Positions 37,731 through 50,351 of a stretch of 64,000 nucleotides of DNA are shown here, piece by piece; the first letter of the stretch is position 1; each line of letters opens with the position of its first letter. The DNA lies in NCBI RefSeq assembly GCF_036365525.1, contig NC_090399.1:50128430-50192429 (forward strand), in the 5' to 3' direction. The DNA comes from Heterodontus francisci (lineage: Eukaryota). The notes under the pieces are model-generated. The model was not told the DNA's origin. It ran no database searches and was given only the letters and a program-made list of their open reading frames with translations. The position numbers and the translations under genes were made by a program.

Positions 37731-38694
37731 AATTATATGATACAGACAACTTTCAAATGACATTGACCACTCAGGTTATCTGCCCTCCAACTGGATAGTA
37801 AATGATTCACATTGAAGTTACTGATCATTGACATACTTATAAAACCTGTCTTTTAATCCAATTCACAGCGAACAAAAATCAGTTAATGACTGTTTCTAAC
37901 ATGGTCTTTGAAACATAATACATTTTTCTGTGTCTTCCCCGACAGTTTTTAAAACTGCAAATACAGAATAGGTTTTGTTAGGAATGGTAGACAGTTCATT
38001 ACAGATTCAGGTTTATTACAGCTACCCTTTACATTTACTAACTATTTTATATGGGTCAGCAGCATCTTGTTTGCACCAATATCACTCTGCCCCATTACAC
38101 CATACTGTTGTAGTCATGAGGAACTTACAGTGCTGACTTCTGGAGATTCCTTGGATTTTCTTGCCCGTTTTCCCCTCAATGCAAGTTCTGGGACAATGTG
38201 ATTCCAAATGGATGGCAGCAGAATTGTGACATTTATATAGAAGTAAAAGTCCAGCAACTTTCAACATGTCAGTGAGCTTGTGTTCTTGGTGAAAACAATG
38301 CGTGCAGAAATTGAGACGGTCCCTAAAATGACTTTTGCCATTTAAAATGAGTTTACATAACACAAGCCTTTAAACTTTGTTTTAAAATAACCTAGCTACA
38401 ATGTTTGTCTCACATTGGGGGTCAGTGCGACAATTTTGGAAAGATAAAGACATTAAAGCTCTTTCTCACTGTTAATCAAAACAACACCAAATGCATATTT
38501 TATCAAGAAGCTTAAACCGAGGAGACTAATTCAGTGATTTACCTTCTCTTCTGTATGTTGGACACTGATTTAGTGAAGTATCTGGCAGTTTTTTGTTTGC
38601 ACAAGTAGTCAATATTTGTCCGCACACTTGTAGCGATGCGGAATATTCCGGATAGATGTCCATCTGTTGAGAATGATCTTGATTGCTCGTTGTT

Positions 38695-39025
38695 CCTCCT
38701 CTCTCTCTGCATCTGAGTGTGTGCGCGTGTGTGTGTGTCTGTGTGTGTGTCTCTCTCTGTCTCTCTCTCTCCCTTCCCCTCTCTCTGTGGGACTCCCTAT
38801 CTGTGGTTTCCCCCCCCCCCCCACCCGCCCCACCTCATTGTAGTCCCCCCTCTCTCTGTGTCATCACCCTATCTTTGCATCGTTTCCCCTGCTCTCTGCC
38901 CTTCTTTCTCTGACCACCTCTCACTCTCACTCTCTCTCTCACCCCCTGTACCCCACCCCCTCACTCTCCCTGTGTCCCCCCCTCTCTCTCTTCCTGTTTT
39001 CCCTCCCCTCTGTCTCTCTGTCTGA
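38695..39025. repeat. CT/GT microsatellite and low-complexity tract
   Basis: (gt)n, (ct)n and C-rich runs. Confidence 0.8.
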
Positions 39026-39249
39026 TAGTTGACAGTTGCAGGGAGCAGGAACTCTCTACTGAGCAGCTTTGTGGTTGATCTGTTTTTTAAAAAAAAATCG
39101 CAGCCGTCAATTTCACAGCTGTCAGGTGCTTAGAGCAGAGACAGTACTTTCAAAAGTCAGACAAGTTTGTGTGGTTTCAGGTGGGCTTTAAAAAAAAATT
39201 GTACCCGCCGAAAAACCGCGAACTTGTCCGAAGTTCAAAAGCACTGATT

Positions 39250-41130
39250 CTTGATTCTTTGGCCTCCTTATCTCGAGAGACAATGGATAAGCGCCTGGAG
39301 GTGGTCAATGGTTTGTGAAGCAGCGCCTGGAGTGGCTATAAAGGCCAATTCTAGAGTGACAGGCTCTTCCACAGGTGCTGCAGAGAAATTTGTTTGTCGG
39401 GGCTGTTGCACAGTTGGCTCTCCCCTTGCGCCTCTGTCTTTTTTCCTGCCAACTACTAAGTCTCTTCGACTCGCCACACTCTAGCCCTGTCTTTATGGCT
39501 GCCCGCCAGCTCTGGCGATCACTGGCAACTGACTCCCACGCCTTGTAATCAATGTCACAGGATTTCATGTTGCGATTGCTGACGTCTTTAAAGCGGAGAC
39601 ATGGATGGCCGGTGGGTCTGATACCAGTGGCGAGCTCGCTGTACAATGTGTCTTTGGGGATCCTGCCATCTTCCATGTGGCTCACATGGCCAAGCCATCT
39701 CAAGTGCCGCTGACTCAGTAGTGTGTATAAGCTGGGGATGTTGGCCGCCTCGAGGACTTCTGTGTTGGAGATACAGTACTGCCACCTGATGCCAAGTATT
39801 CTCCAGAGGAGCGAAGATGGAATGAATTGAGATGTCGCTCTTGGCTGACACACATTGTCCAGGCCTCGCTGCCATGGAGCAAGGTACTGAGGACACAGGC
39901 CTGATACACTCGGACTTTTGTCTTCCGTGTCAGTGTGCCATTTTCCCACACTCTCTTGGCCAGTCTGGACATAGCAGTGGAAGCCTTTCCCATTCGCTTG
40001 TTGATTTCTGTATCTAGAGACAGGTTACTGGTAATAGTTGAGCCTAGGTAGGTGAACTCTTGAACCACTTCCAGAGCGTGGTCGCCAATATTGATGGATG
40101 GAGCATTTCTGACGTCCTGCCCCATGATGTTCGTTTTCTTGAGGCTGATGGTTAGGCCAAATTCATTGCAGGCAGCCGCAAACCTGTCGATGAGACTCTG
40201 CAGACACTCTTCAGTGTGAGATGTTAAAGCAGCATCGTCAGCAAAGAGGAGTTCCCTGATGAGGACTTTCCGTACTTTGGACTTCGCTCTTAGACGGGCA
40301 AAGTTGAACAACCTGCCCCCTGATCTTGTGTGGAGGAAATTTCCTTCTTCAGAGGACTTGAACGCATGTGAAAGCAGCAGGGAGAGGAAAATCCCAAAAA
40401 GTGTGGGTGCGAGAACACAGCCCTGTTTCACACCACTCAGGATAGGAAAGGGCTCTGATGAGGAGCCACCATGTTGAATTGTGCCTTTCATATTGTCATG
40501 GAATGAGGTGATGATACTTAGTAGCTTTGGTGGGCATCCAATCTTTTCTAGTAGTCTGAAGAGACCACGTCTGCTGACGAGGTCAAAGGCTTTGGTGTGA
40601 TCAATGAAAGCAATGTAGAGGGGCATCTGTTGTTCACGGCATTTCTCCTGTATCTGACGAAGGGAGAACAGCATGTCAACGGTCGATCTCTCTGCACGAA
40701 AGCCACACTGTGCCTCAGGGTAGATGCGCTCGGCCAGCTTCTGGAGCCTGTTTAGAGCAACTCGAGCAAAGACCTTCCCCACTATGCTGAGCAGGGAGAT
40801 TCCACGGTAGTTGTTGCAGTCACCGCAGTCACCTTTGTTTTTATAGAGGGTGATGATATTGGCATCGCGCATGTCTTGGGGTACTGCTCCCTTATCCCAG
40901 CACAGGCATAGCAGTTCATGTAGTGCTGAGAGTATAGCAGGCTTGGCACTCTTGATTATTTCAGGGGTAATGCTGTCCTTCCCAGGGGCTTTTCCGCTGG
41001 CTAGCGAATCAATGGCATCACTGAGTTCCGATTTGGTTGGCTGTATGTCCAGCTCATGGTAGACTGGTAGAGGCTGGGCTGCATTGAGGGCAGTCTCAGT
41101 GACAACATTCTCCCTGGAGTACAGTTCTAG
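39250..41130 (-). mobile_element. RTE-clade LINE, 5' truncated
   Basis: ORFs 39715..40872 and 39305..39949 are nearly identical to the 36310 ORF, with one frameshift. Confidence 0.93.
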
Positions 41131-42254
41131 ACCCTGCTCTAAGCACCCAATAGCTGTGAAACTGATGGCTGCAATTTATTTAAAGTCACACTGGTCTGGA
41201 AGAAGAAGCCAATGGGAAATATCTCATCACTGAAATGAAATGTTTACTATGCACACTGGTGTCCATGTATGGGCACATTGCCGACTCCTGGAACAAACCT
41301 GATGCTCGTTTTGATGTGATGGATTTAAACACTATGATGAAACATCTAAAAGTTGAGAATGTTTTACGGGCAATTAAAACATTAAAAAAATTGAATCTTT
41401 AGGCGACCCAAAGAACATGAAACTAATAATTTTTCGTGATTCTTCACATGCTAATCTTCCTGATGGGTATTGGAATGCAGCTGGTTTCATAATATTTCTG
41501 ATGGCTGAAAATGGGAAATGTTGTCCTTTAGCTTAGGAAGCTAAGAAAATAAAATGCATTGTTAAAAGCACTTTATCTGTGGAAACACTGGGTCTTGTGG
41601 AGGTAGTGGATATGGGGTTCTATTTGTTGAATGTTTTGGGTGAAATTCTGAACAAAGGACATTTCGAAGATAGGATACCCATTGAATGTTATGTGGATAA
41701 TCATTCTTTGTGTGACAATGTATACTCTACAAAAAGCGTGAGTGAGCAAAGACTATGTCTTGACCATACTGGATTGAAACAAATGCTGGAGAGAAAGGAA
41801 ATCTCCAAACGTAAATGGGTCGATGCAAGTCATCAGCTACCCGATTGTTTCACAAAAAGAAACGCGAGTGCAAAGAAATTGTTCAGGGTGCTAGAGGAGT
41901 GGTATTTCACAATGTACTACTTGTACCCAATATGGAATTTATCGTTATTTATTTTGAAATGATGTTTGAGCATGTTAATCTACGTTTAGGGAATGTGTAA
42001 CCTGCAAATTGTGTATCAATTGTTTAATGAGATGCAGGTGGAGGGTGTTAAAGGAGACACATATTGAGACTGGTGGAGAGTTTTGAATGAGGAGCTACAT
42101 GTTTGTAATCCTTTTACCCTGTACAATAAGAACATAAGAACTAGGAGCAGGAGTAAACCATACAGCCCTTGAGCACACTCCATCATTCAATGAGATCATG
42201 GCTGATTTTCAACTTCAAGACCATTTTTCTGCACTATCCCCGTATCCCTTGATG

Positions 42255-42570
42255 TTTATTTATTTAGAGATACAGCGCTGAAACAGGCCCTTCGGCCCAC
42301 TGAGTCTGTGCCGACCATCAACCACCCATTTATACTAACCCTACAGAAATCCCATATTCCCTACCACCTACCTACACTAGGGACAATTTACAATGGTCAA
42401 TTTACCTATCACCTGCAAGTCTTTGGCTGTGGGAGGAAACCGGAGCACCCGGCGAAAACCCACACGATCACAGGGAGAACTTGCAAACTCTGCACAGGCA
42501 GTACCCGGAATTGAACCCGGGTCTCTGGAGCTGTGAGGCTGCAGTGCTAATCACTGCGTCACTGTGCCAC
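42255..42570 (-). mobile_element. tRNA-derived V-SINE (HE1-like)
   Basis: A/B box head (gcagtgattagcactgc..gggttcaattcc) and V domain gggtgctccggtttcctcccaca. Confidence 0.85.
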
Positions 42571-42933
42571 CCATGCACATGTTTCAAACATGTAGAAATC
42601 TATTGATCTCAGTCTTCGACATACTCAATGACTGAGCCTCCACAGCCCTCTGGAGCAGAGAATTCCAAAGATTCACTACCCTCTGAGTGAAACAAATTCC
42701 TCCGCATCTCCGACCTACATGGCCTGTTGCTTATTCTGCGTCTGTGTCCCCTGATTTTGGACTCCCCAGCCAGGGGAAACATCCTTCCTGCATCAACCCT
42801 GTTGAGCCCTGTAAGAACTTTGAAGGAAATCACCTCTCATTCTTGTTAACTCCAGAGAATAAAGACCCAATGTATTTAATCTTTCCTATTTCATCCAGGG
42901 CAATGCCCCCATTGCAGGAAGTGGTTTGGTGAA

Positions 42934-43032
42934 ATAAAAATAAGAAATGCTGGAAATACTCAGCAGGTCTGGCAGCATCTGCGGAGGGAGAAGCAAAGTT
43001 AACGTTTCAGGTCAGTGACCCTTCATCACAGT
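42934..43032 (-). mobile_element. ~100-bp Penelope pLTR fragment carrying a hammerhead motif
   Basis: Matches 13400-13495; flanked by direct repeat tttggtgaa; minus strand gTGATGAAGGGTCACTGACCTGAAACGTTAAC. Confidence 0.75.
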
Positions 43033-45469
43033 TTTGGTGAACCTTTGTTGCACTCCCTCTATAGCAAGTCAATTTTTCCTAAGTTAAAGAGACCAAAACT
43101 GCACAGAATACACCAGCTGTGGTCTCACCAAGGCTCTATATAATTGCAGTAAGAATTTTATTTTATATTCGTTCATGGGATCTGGCCAGGCCAACATTTA
43201 TTGCCCATCCTTAATTGCCCTTGAGAAGGTGGTGTTGAGCTGCCTTCTTGAACTGCTGCAGTCTTTGGGGTGCAAGTACACCCACAATGTTGTTAGGAAG
43301 GGAGTTCCAGGATTTTGACCCAGTGACAGTGAAGGAACAGCGATATAGATCCAAGTCAGAATGGTGTGTGGCTTGGAGAGGAACTTGCAGGTGGTGGCAT
43401 TTCCATGCATCTGTTCCCCTTGTCCTTCTTTACTCCTATACTCAAATCCTCTTGTAATAATGGCCAACATACCATTTGCCTTCCTAATTGCTTGTTGTAC
43501 CTGCATGTTAGTTTTCAGTGACTCATGAACAAGGACAGCCTTTAAATTTCAACACTTCCCAGCCTCTCACATTTAAGAAATACTCTGTATTTCTGTTTTT
43601 CCCACAAAAGTGGATAGCTTCACATTTCTCCGCATTGTATTCTATCTGCAAAGTTTTTGCCCACTTGCTTAGCCCCTCCAAATCCCCTTGAAGCATCTTT
43701 GCATCCCTCTCACAACTCACTTCTACCTAATTTTGTGTCATCTGCAAACTTGGAAATATTACATTTATTCCCCACATCTAAATCATTGATATGGATTGTG
43801 AACAGCTGGGGCCCAAGCACTGATCCACTCGTCACAGCCAGCCCCCCTGAAAATGACCCATTTATTCCTATTCTCTTTTCTGTCTGTTAACTAGCTCTCA
43901 ATCCATGCCAGTATATTTCCCCCAATCCCATGTGATCTAATTGTGTTTATTAACCTCCTTTGTGGGAACTTATCAAAAGCGTTCTGAAAATCTAAATATA
44001 CCACATCCACTGTTTCCCTCTTATCTATTCTGCTAGTTAAATCCTCAAAAAACTCCAACAGGTTTGTTAAACATGATTTCCCTTTCATAAATCCATGTTT
44101 TCTAAGTGTCCTGTTATCACATTGTTTATCATAGATTCTAGCATTTTGCCATCAGGTTTTTGCCATCAGGTCTGCTGGTCCCCATTTTCTCTCTCCCTCC
44201 TTTCATAAATAATGGGGTTACAATTGCCACCTTCCAATCTGCAGGAACCATTCCAGAGTCTATAGAATTTTGAACGATGACCACCAATGCATCTACTATC
44301 TCTACAGCCGCCTCTTTGAGCACTCTGGGGTGTAGATCATCAGGTCCCAGGGATTTATCTACTTTAAACCCCATTAATTTATCTAGTTTTTAAAAATTAT
44401 TAATATCTTTCAGTTCCTCATTTACACTAGTCCCTTAATTTTCCATTATTTCTGAGGGTTTTTAGTATTTTTCTCTGTGAAGACAGACACAATGTATTTG
44501 TTTAGCTTCTCTGCCATTTCCTTATTCCCCATTATAAATTCTCATGACGCCATTTGTAGTGGACCCATATTTATCTTTGCTGTTCTTTTGCCACACCAGT
44601 CTTTGAGCCAAGCATTCATCTCTCTAATCTTATTTACCCCATGCCAATTTGTATGTGGTTCAAGTAATTCTCCAGAGATTATTATCTTTGAAGTTCTGCC
44701 TTTTAATTTAGTGCCTAGCTCCTCATACTCCCTATGCAGAACCTGTTTCCTAGTTCTATCTATGTTATTAGTACCCATTTGGACCACATTTGCCTAGCTC
44801 CTTATACTGAATATGTAGAACTTTCTTCCTAATCCTACGTATGTTGTTGGTGCCTACATGGACCACAACAACTGGATCCTCCCCCTCCCACTGAAAATTC
44901 TTCTCTAGCCCTGAGCAGATGTCATGAACCCTGGCACTGGGCAGGCAACACATCCATTTGGACCCTCGACCCTAGCTCTAGAGAACAGTATCTATCCCCC
45001 TGACTATACTGTCTCCTACGACCACAACATTTCTTTTAATCCTGACTTAAATGGCTTCCTGTACCATGGTGCCAAGGTCAGTCTGCTCATCCACACTACA
45101 GCTTTCACTCTTGTCCATACAAGCTGCAAGAACCTCGAACTTGTTGCTCAATTGCAAGGGCCGAGGCTCCTCCACTCCGACCTTCTCGATCCCCTTACTT
45201 GCCTGACTCGCAGTCACTCCCTCCTGTCCCTCACCACTGACCAAATCAGATGACCCGATCCTAAAGGGCTTGGCTGCCTTCTGGAACCAAGTGTCCACGT
45301 AACTTCCCCCTCCCTGCATCGCAATGTCTGCAGTTCAGCCTCGAGCTCATCAACTCTGAGCCGAAGCACCTGAAGCTGCAGACACTTACTACAGACATGG
45401 TTGCCATGGATTGCAGTGGCATCCAGGAGCTCCCACATGCTGCAGCTGTGGCACATTACCTGGCGGTCA

Positions 45470-48360
45470 CACGCCTTAGGATAGGGTCTTCTGATTTGGT
45501 CAATCGTCAGGGACAGGAGAGTGTGGCTGCAGCTGAGGCAGGTAAGGGGACCAAGAGGGCAGGAGTGCAGGAGTCTCAGCCTTTGCGATTGTCCAACAGG
45601 TTTGAGGTTCTTTCAGCTTGTTTGGATGAGAGTTGGGGCTGCAGTGTGGATGAGCAACCTGACCTTAGCATCATGATACAGGAAGCCATTCAAGTGGAGG
45701 GAGCAAAAAGGAATGTAGTGGTAGTAGAGGACAGTGTAGTTAGGAAGATTGACACTGTGCTCTGCAGCGAAGAACAAGAATCCAGACGGCTGTGTTGTCT
45801 GCCTGGTGCCAGAGTTTGGGACATCTGTTCAGGACTGGAAAGGAACCTACAGTGGGAGAGAGACGATCCAGTCATCATGGTCCATGTAGGTAGCAATGAC
45901 ATAGGCAGGACAAAGAAAGTGGTTCTGAATAGTCAATATGAGGAATTAGGCACTAAATTAAGAAGCAGAACTTCAAAGGTAATGATTTCTAGGGTGGGAC
46001 TCGCCATCCATGGTTAACTAAAACAGTGAAGGATAGTATCAAACTAAAAGTAAAAGCATATAATTGCACAAAGATGGGTGGCAGGTCAGAAGATTGGACA
46101 GAATATAAAAACCAGCAAAGATTGACTAAAAGATTGATAAGGAAGGTAAAATTAGAGTACGAGAGAAAGTTTGCAATAAATATATAGACAGATAGTACAG
46201 TAAGAGTTTCTATAGATATTTAAAAAGGGAAAGAGTTAACAAAGTGAGCATTGGTCCTATAGAAAGTGAATCTGGGGAATTAATAATGGATAATAAAGAG
46301 GTGGCAGATGAATTGAACAGGTATTTTGCATCAGTCTTCACCATAGAAGATACAATTAACATCCCAGAATTAGCTGTAAATCAGGAAATGGAAGGGAGGG
46401 AGGAACTGAAGAAAATTACAATCACCAGGGAGGTGGTACTGAACAAATAGTTGGAGCTGCGGGCTGACATGTCCCCGGATCCTGATGGACTTCATCCTAG
46501 GGTCTCAAAAGAAGTGGCTAGTGAGATGGTTGATGCGTTGATTTAATTTTCCAAAATTCCCTAGATTCGGGGAAGGTTCTGCTGGACTGGAAAATAGTGA
46601 ATGTAACTCCTTTATTCAAAAGGGGAGACAGAAATCAGGAAACTACAGACCAGTTAGCTTAAAATCTGTCTTAGGGAAAATGTTAGAAGCTATTATTAAA
46701 GATGTTTAGATTAGATTAGAGATACAGCACTGAAACAGGCCCTTCAGCCCACCGAGTCTGTGCCGAACATCAACCACCCATTTATACTAATCCTACACTA
46801 ATCCCATATTCCTACCAAACATCCCCACCTGTCCCTATATTTCCCTACCACCTACCTATACTAGTGACAATTTATAATGGCCAATTTACCTATCAACCTG
46901 CAAGTCTTTTGGCTTGTGGGAGGAAACCGGAGCACCCGGAGAAAACCCACGCAGACACAGGGAGAACTTGCAAACTCCACACAGACAGTACCCGGAATCG
47001 AACCCGGGTCCCTGGAGCTGTGAGGCTGCGGTGCTAACCACTGCGCCACTGTGCCACCCTGTTATAGCAGGGCACTAAGAAAAATTGAAGGTAATCAACA
47101 TGGTTTTCAGAAAGAGTAATCATGTTTAACCAATTTATTGGAGTTCTTTGAGAGAGTTACAAGTGCTGTGGATGAAGGGAACCGGTGAATGTAGGAGACA
47201 TTTGATAAGGTGCCACATCGCAGGCTATTGCAAAAAATAAAAACCCATGGTGCAGGGGATAACATATTGGCATGGATAGAAGATTGGCTAGCTAACAGGA
47301 AACAGAGAGTAGGCATAAATGGGTCATTTTCTGGTTGGCAAGATGTAATGAGCAGTGTGCCACAGGAATCTGTGCTGGGGCCTCAACTTTTTACAATTTA
47401 TATAAATGACTTAGATGAAAGGACCGAAGGTATGGTTGCTAAATTTGTGACTGACACAAAGATAGGTAGGAAAGTAAGTTGTGAAGAGGACATAAAGAGG
47501 CTACAAAGAGATATCGATAGGTTATGTGAGTGGAAAAAATTCTGGCAAATAGAGTATAATGTGGGAAAATGCAAAGTTATCCATTTTGGCCGGAAGAATA
47601 ACAAAGAAGCATTTTATCTAAATGGTGAGAGATTGCAGAGCTCTGAGATGCAGAGGGATCTGGGTGTCCCAGTGCATGAATAGCAAAAGGCTAGTATTCA
47701 GGTACAGAAGTAATTAGGAAAGCTAACAGAATGTTACTGTTTAACGCGAGGGGAATTGAATACTAAAGTAGGGAGGTTATGCTTCAGCTATACAGGGCAT
47801 TGGTGAGATCACAGCTGGAGTACCATGTACAGTATTGGTCTCCTTATTTAAGGAAGGATGTAAATGCGTTGGAAGCAGTTCAGAGAAGGTTTACTGGAGT
47901 AATACTTGGAATGGGCGAGCTATCTTACAAGGAAAGATTGGACGGGCTTGGCTTGGATCTGCTGGAATTTAGGAGAGTAAGAGGTGACTTGGTTGAAACA
48001 TATAAGATCCTGAGTGGTCTTGACAGGGTGGATGTGGAAAGGATGTTTCCCCTTGTGGGAGAATCTAGAACTAGGGGTTACAGTTTAAAAATAAAGGGTA
48101 GCCCATTTAAAATAGAGATGAGGAGAAATTCTCTCTGAGGGTCGTGAGTCATTGGAATTCTCTTCCTCAAAAGGTGGTGGAAGCAGGGTCTTTGAATATG
48201 TTTAAGGCAGAGTTAGATAGATTCTTGATAAGCAAAGGGGGTGGAAGGTTATCAGGAGTAGGCGGAAATGTGGGGTAATCAGTTCAGCCATGAATTTATT
48301 GAATGGCCAAACAAGCTCGAGGGAGCGAGTGGACTACTCCTGCTCCTAATTCGTATGTTC
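45470..48360 (+). mobile_element. CR1 LINE (ORF1 esterase, ORF2 RT, 3' UTR)
   Basis: DSVVRKID..CCLPGARVWDI..HVGSNDIG; VPQESVLGPQLF..KFVTDTK; tail ttcgtatgttc. Confidence 0.88.
46706..47060 (-). mobile_element. tRNA-derived V-SINE (HE1-like)
   Basis: Intact A box (gtggcgcagtggttagc), B box (gggttcgattcc), V domain and (tctaa)n tail. Confidence 0.9.
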
Positions 48361-48739
48361 ATATGTAGACAAAAAACAGACCTTAGAGATCGAGATTAAC
48401 CCGTAAGACCCTGTCAGTCACCAAACTCTCGTCTTCACACTCTGTGCACTCAAGCAGCACTCAATATGAAACTGAGTAAAGATAGGCTCCAGCATCATCC
48501 TTCCACAGCAAGCTTTCTGGAATTTAACAAGAATAGCTTACCAGTTACTCACCAAACAGCTCCTTTCACTGCACCGAAGCAAGAACCAATTACTGATCTC
48601 GGTGTGTGTGTGTGTGTGTTTGGCTCTGTGATTGGGGTGCAATCTGTGTGTGTGTGTGCGTGTGTGTCTGGCTCATATTCATATGGTTCACCTCATTCTC
48701 ACACACTTAGCGCTGTTGAAAAGTCTCACACCTGCATTT

Positions 48740-49985
48740 GATTTGATTGATTGAGTTTTTTGAGGAAGTGACGAAGGTGATTGATGAAGGAAGGGCAGTG
48801 GATGTTGTCGAAATGGACTTCAGTAAAGCCTTTGACATGGTCCCTCATGGCAGACTGGTACAAAAGGTGAAGTCACACGGGATCAGAGGTGAGCTGGCAA
48901 GATGGATATAGAACTGGCTCGGTCATAGAAGACAGAGGGTAGCAGTGGAAGGGTGCTCTTCTGAATGGAGGGATGTGACTAGTGGTGTTCCGCAGGGATC
49001 AGTGCTGGGACCTTTGCTGTTTGTAGTATATATAAATGATTGGGAGGAAAATGTAGCTGGTCTGATTAGTAAGTTTGCGGACGACACAAAGGTTGGTGGA
49101 GTTGCGGATAATGATGAGGATTGTCAGAGGATACAGCAGGATATAGATCGGTTGGAGACTTGGGCGGAGAAATGGCAGATGTAGTTTAATCCGGACAAAT
49201 GTGAGGTAATGCATTTTGGAAGGTCGAATACAGGTGGGAAGTATACAGTAAATGGCAGAACCCTTAGGAGTATTGACAGGCAGAGAGATCTGGGCGTACA
49301 GGTCCACAGGTCACTGAAAGTGGCAACGCAGGTGGATAAGGTAGTCAAGAAGGCATACGGCATGCTTGCCTTCATTGGTCGGGGCATAGAGTATAAAAAT
49401 TGGCAAGTCATGCTGCAGCTGTACAGAACTTTAGTTAGGCCACATTTAGAATATTGCGTGCAATTCTGGTCGCCACACTACCAGAAGGACGTGGAGGCTT
49501 TGGAGAGGGTACAGAAGAGGTTTCCCAGGATGTTGCCTGGTCTGGAGGGTATTAGCTATGAGGAGAGGTTGGTTAAACTCTGACTGTTTTCACTGGAACG
49601 ACGAAGGTGGAGGGGCGACATGATAGAGGTTTACAAAGTTATGAGCGGCATGGACAGAGTGGATAGTCAGAAGCTTTTTCCTAGGGTGGAAGAGTCAGTT
49701 ACTCGGGGACATAGGTTTAAAGTGGTGAGGGGCAAAGTTTAGAGGGGATGTGCAAGGCAAGTTTTTTTACACAGAGGGTGGTGAGCGCCTGGAACTTGCT
49801 GCCAGGGGAGGTGGTGGAAGCAGGTACGATAGCGAAGTTTAAGAGGCATCTTGACAAATACATGAATAGGATGGGAATAGAGGGATACGGTCCCCGGAAG
49901 TGCAGAAGGTTTTAGTTTGGGCAGGCATCAAGATCGGCGCAGGCTTGGAGGGCCGAATGGCCTGTTCCTGTGCTATACTGTTCTT
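48740..49985 (+). mobile_element. young CR1 LINE 3' portion
   Basis: SGVPQGSVLGPLLF, KFADDTK, LVRPHLEYCVQFWSP; TSD tgcat. Confidence 0.9.
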
Positions 49986-50351
49986 TGCATCTCACAGCTT
50001 GTACGCAGTTCCAGCTATTCAACCATGACAGCCACATCACCAAAACAGATTGCAGGATTCTCACTGACACACTCCCCTCTCTCTTGTAGGACAAAGTGCT
50101 ACATAACTGGTGTCAGCAGCAGCTAACAGGCATGGCTGCATGTCCTGGTCACCGTCATTGAAGCGGCCAGGACAGGGGCTGTATTGTGTCGCAGTTGGAT
50201 GAGTTAATAACAGACAACCAGCCAGAAAGGAGCAGTGTTGGTTTCCTCCTCCCGTCCTCCTCCTCAACAGATTGCCATATAGCTCGCAATAAGGGTTGTG
50301 CCCTCATGATGGTGAGGTTGTTCAGCATGCAGCAGATCACCATGAATCAAG

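Larger units (their letters stand above)
33285..41290 (-). mobile_element. putative hAT DNA transposon relic inserted in the Copia RT
   Basis: Ends cagggatagca.. / ..tgccgactcctg (CAGG.. TIR-like, with shared subterminal catggaca). Degenerate 8-bp TSD gactacac/gaacaaac. The Copia frame TQT|RPD is interrupted exactly here. Only faint transposase traces. Confidence 0.55.
42130..45465 (-). mobile_element. CR1 LINE (ORF1 zinc finger + SGNH esterase, ORF2 pieces, 3' UTR) with nested insertions
   Basis: CHSCSMWE..HVCSKCLQL, CCLPSARV.DI, VVHVGTNNI; GPDDLHPRVLKE, SCLTNLLEFFE, YLDFQNAFDK. Confidence 0.85.
29200..48529 (+). mobile_element. Ty1/Copia LTR retrotransposon (GalEa-like), degraded and interrupted
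   Basis: 5' LTR 29200-29430 (TG..CA); PBS tggtagcataggatgg matches initiator tRNA-Met. Order: gag, PR (DSTCTSTVCG), IN (LHRQFAHP, FIDLATRFS, SNGLCERNH), RT (KARLV, FGLNDASRVWY, HVDD), RNase H (41295-41900; YVDNHSL..QLPDCFTK). 3' LTR split: 41973-42129 and ~48463-48529. Confidence 0.88.

Noticed and set aside
46980-47058. tRNA-like A/B boxes (also ~42500 and ~56620)
   Set aside because: Heads of V-SINEs, not tRNA genes.
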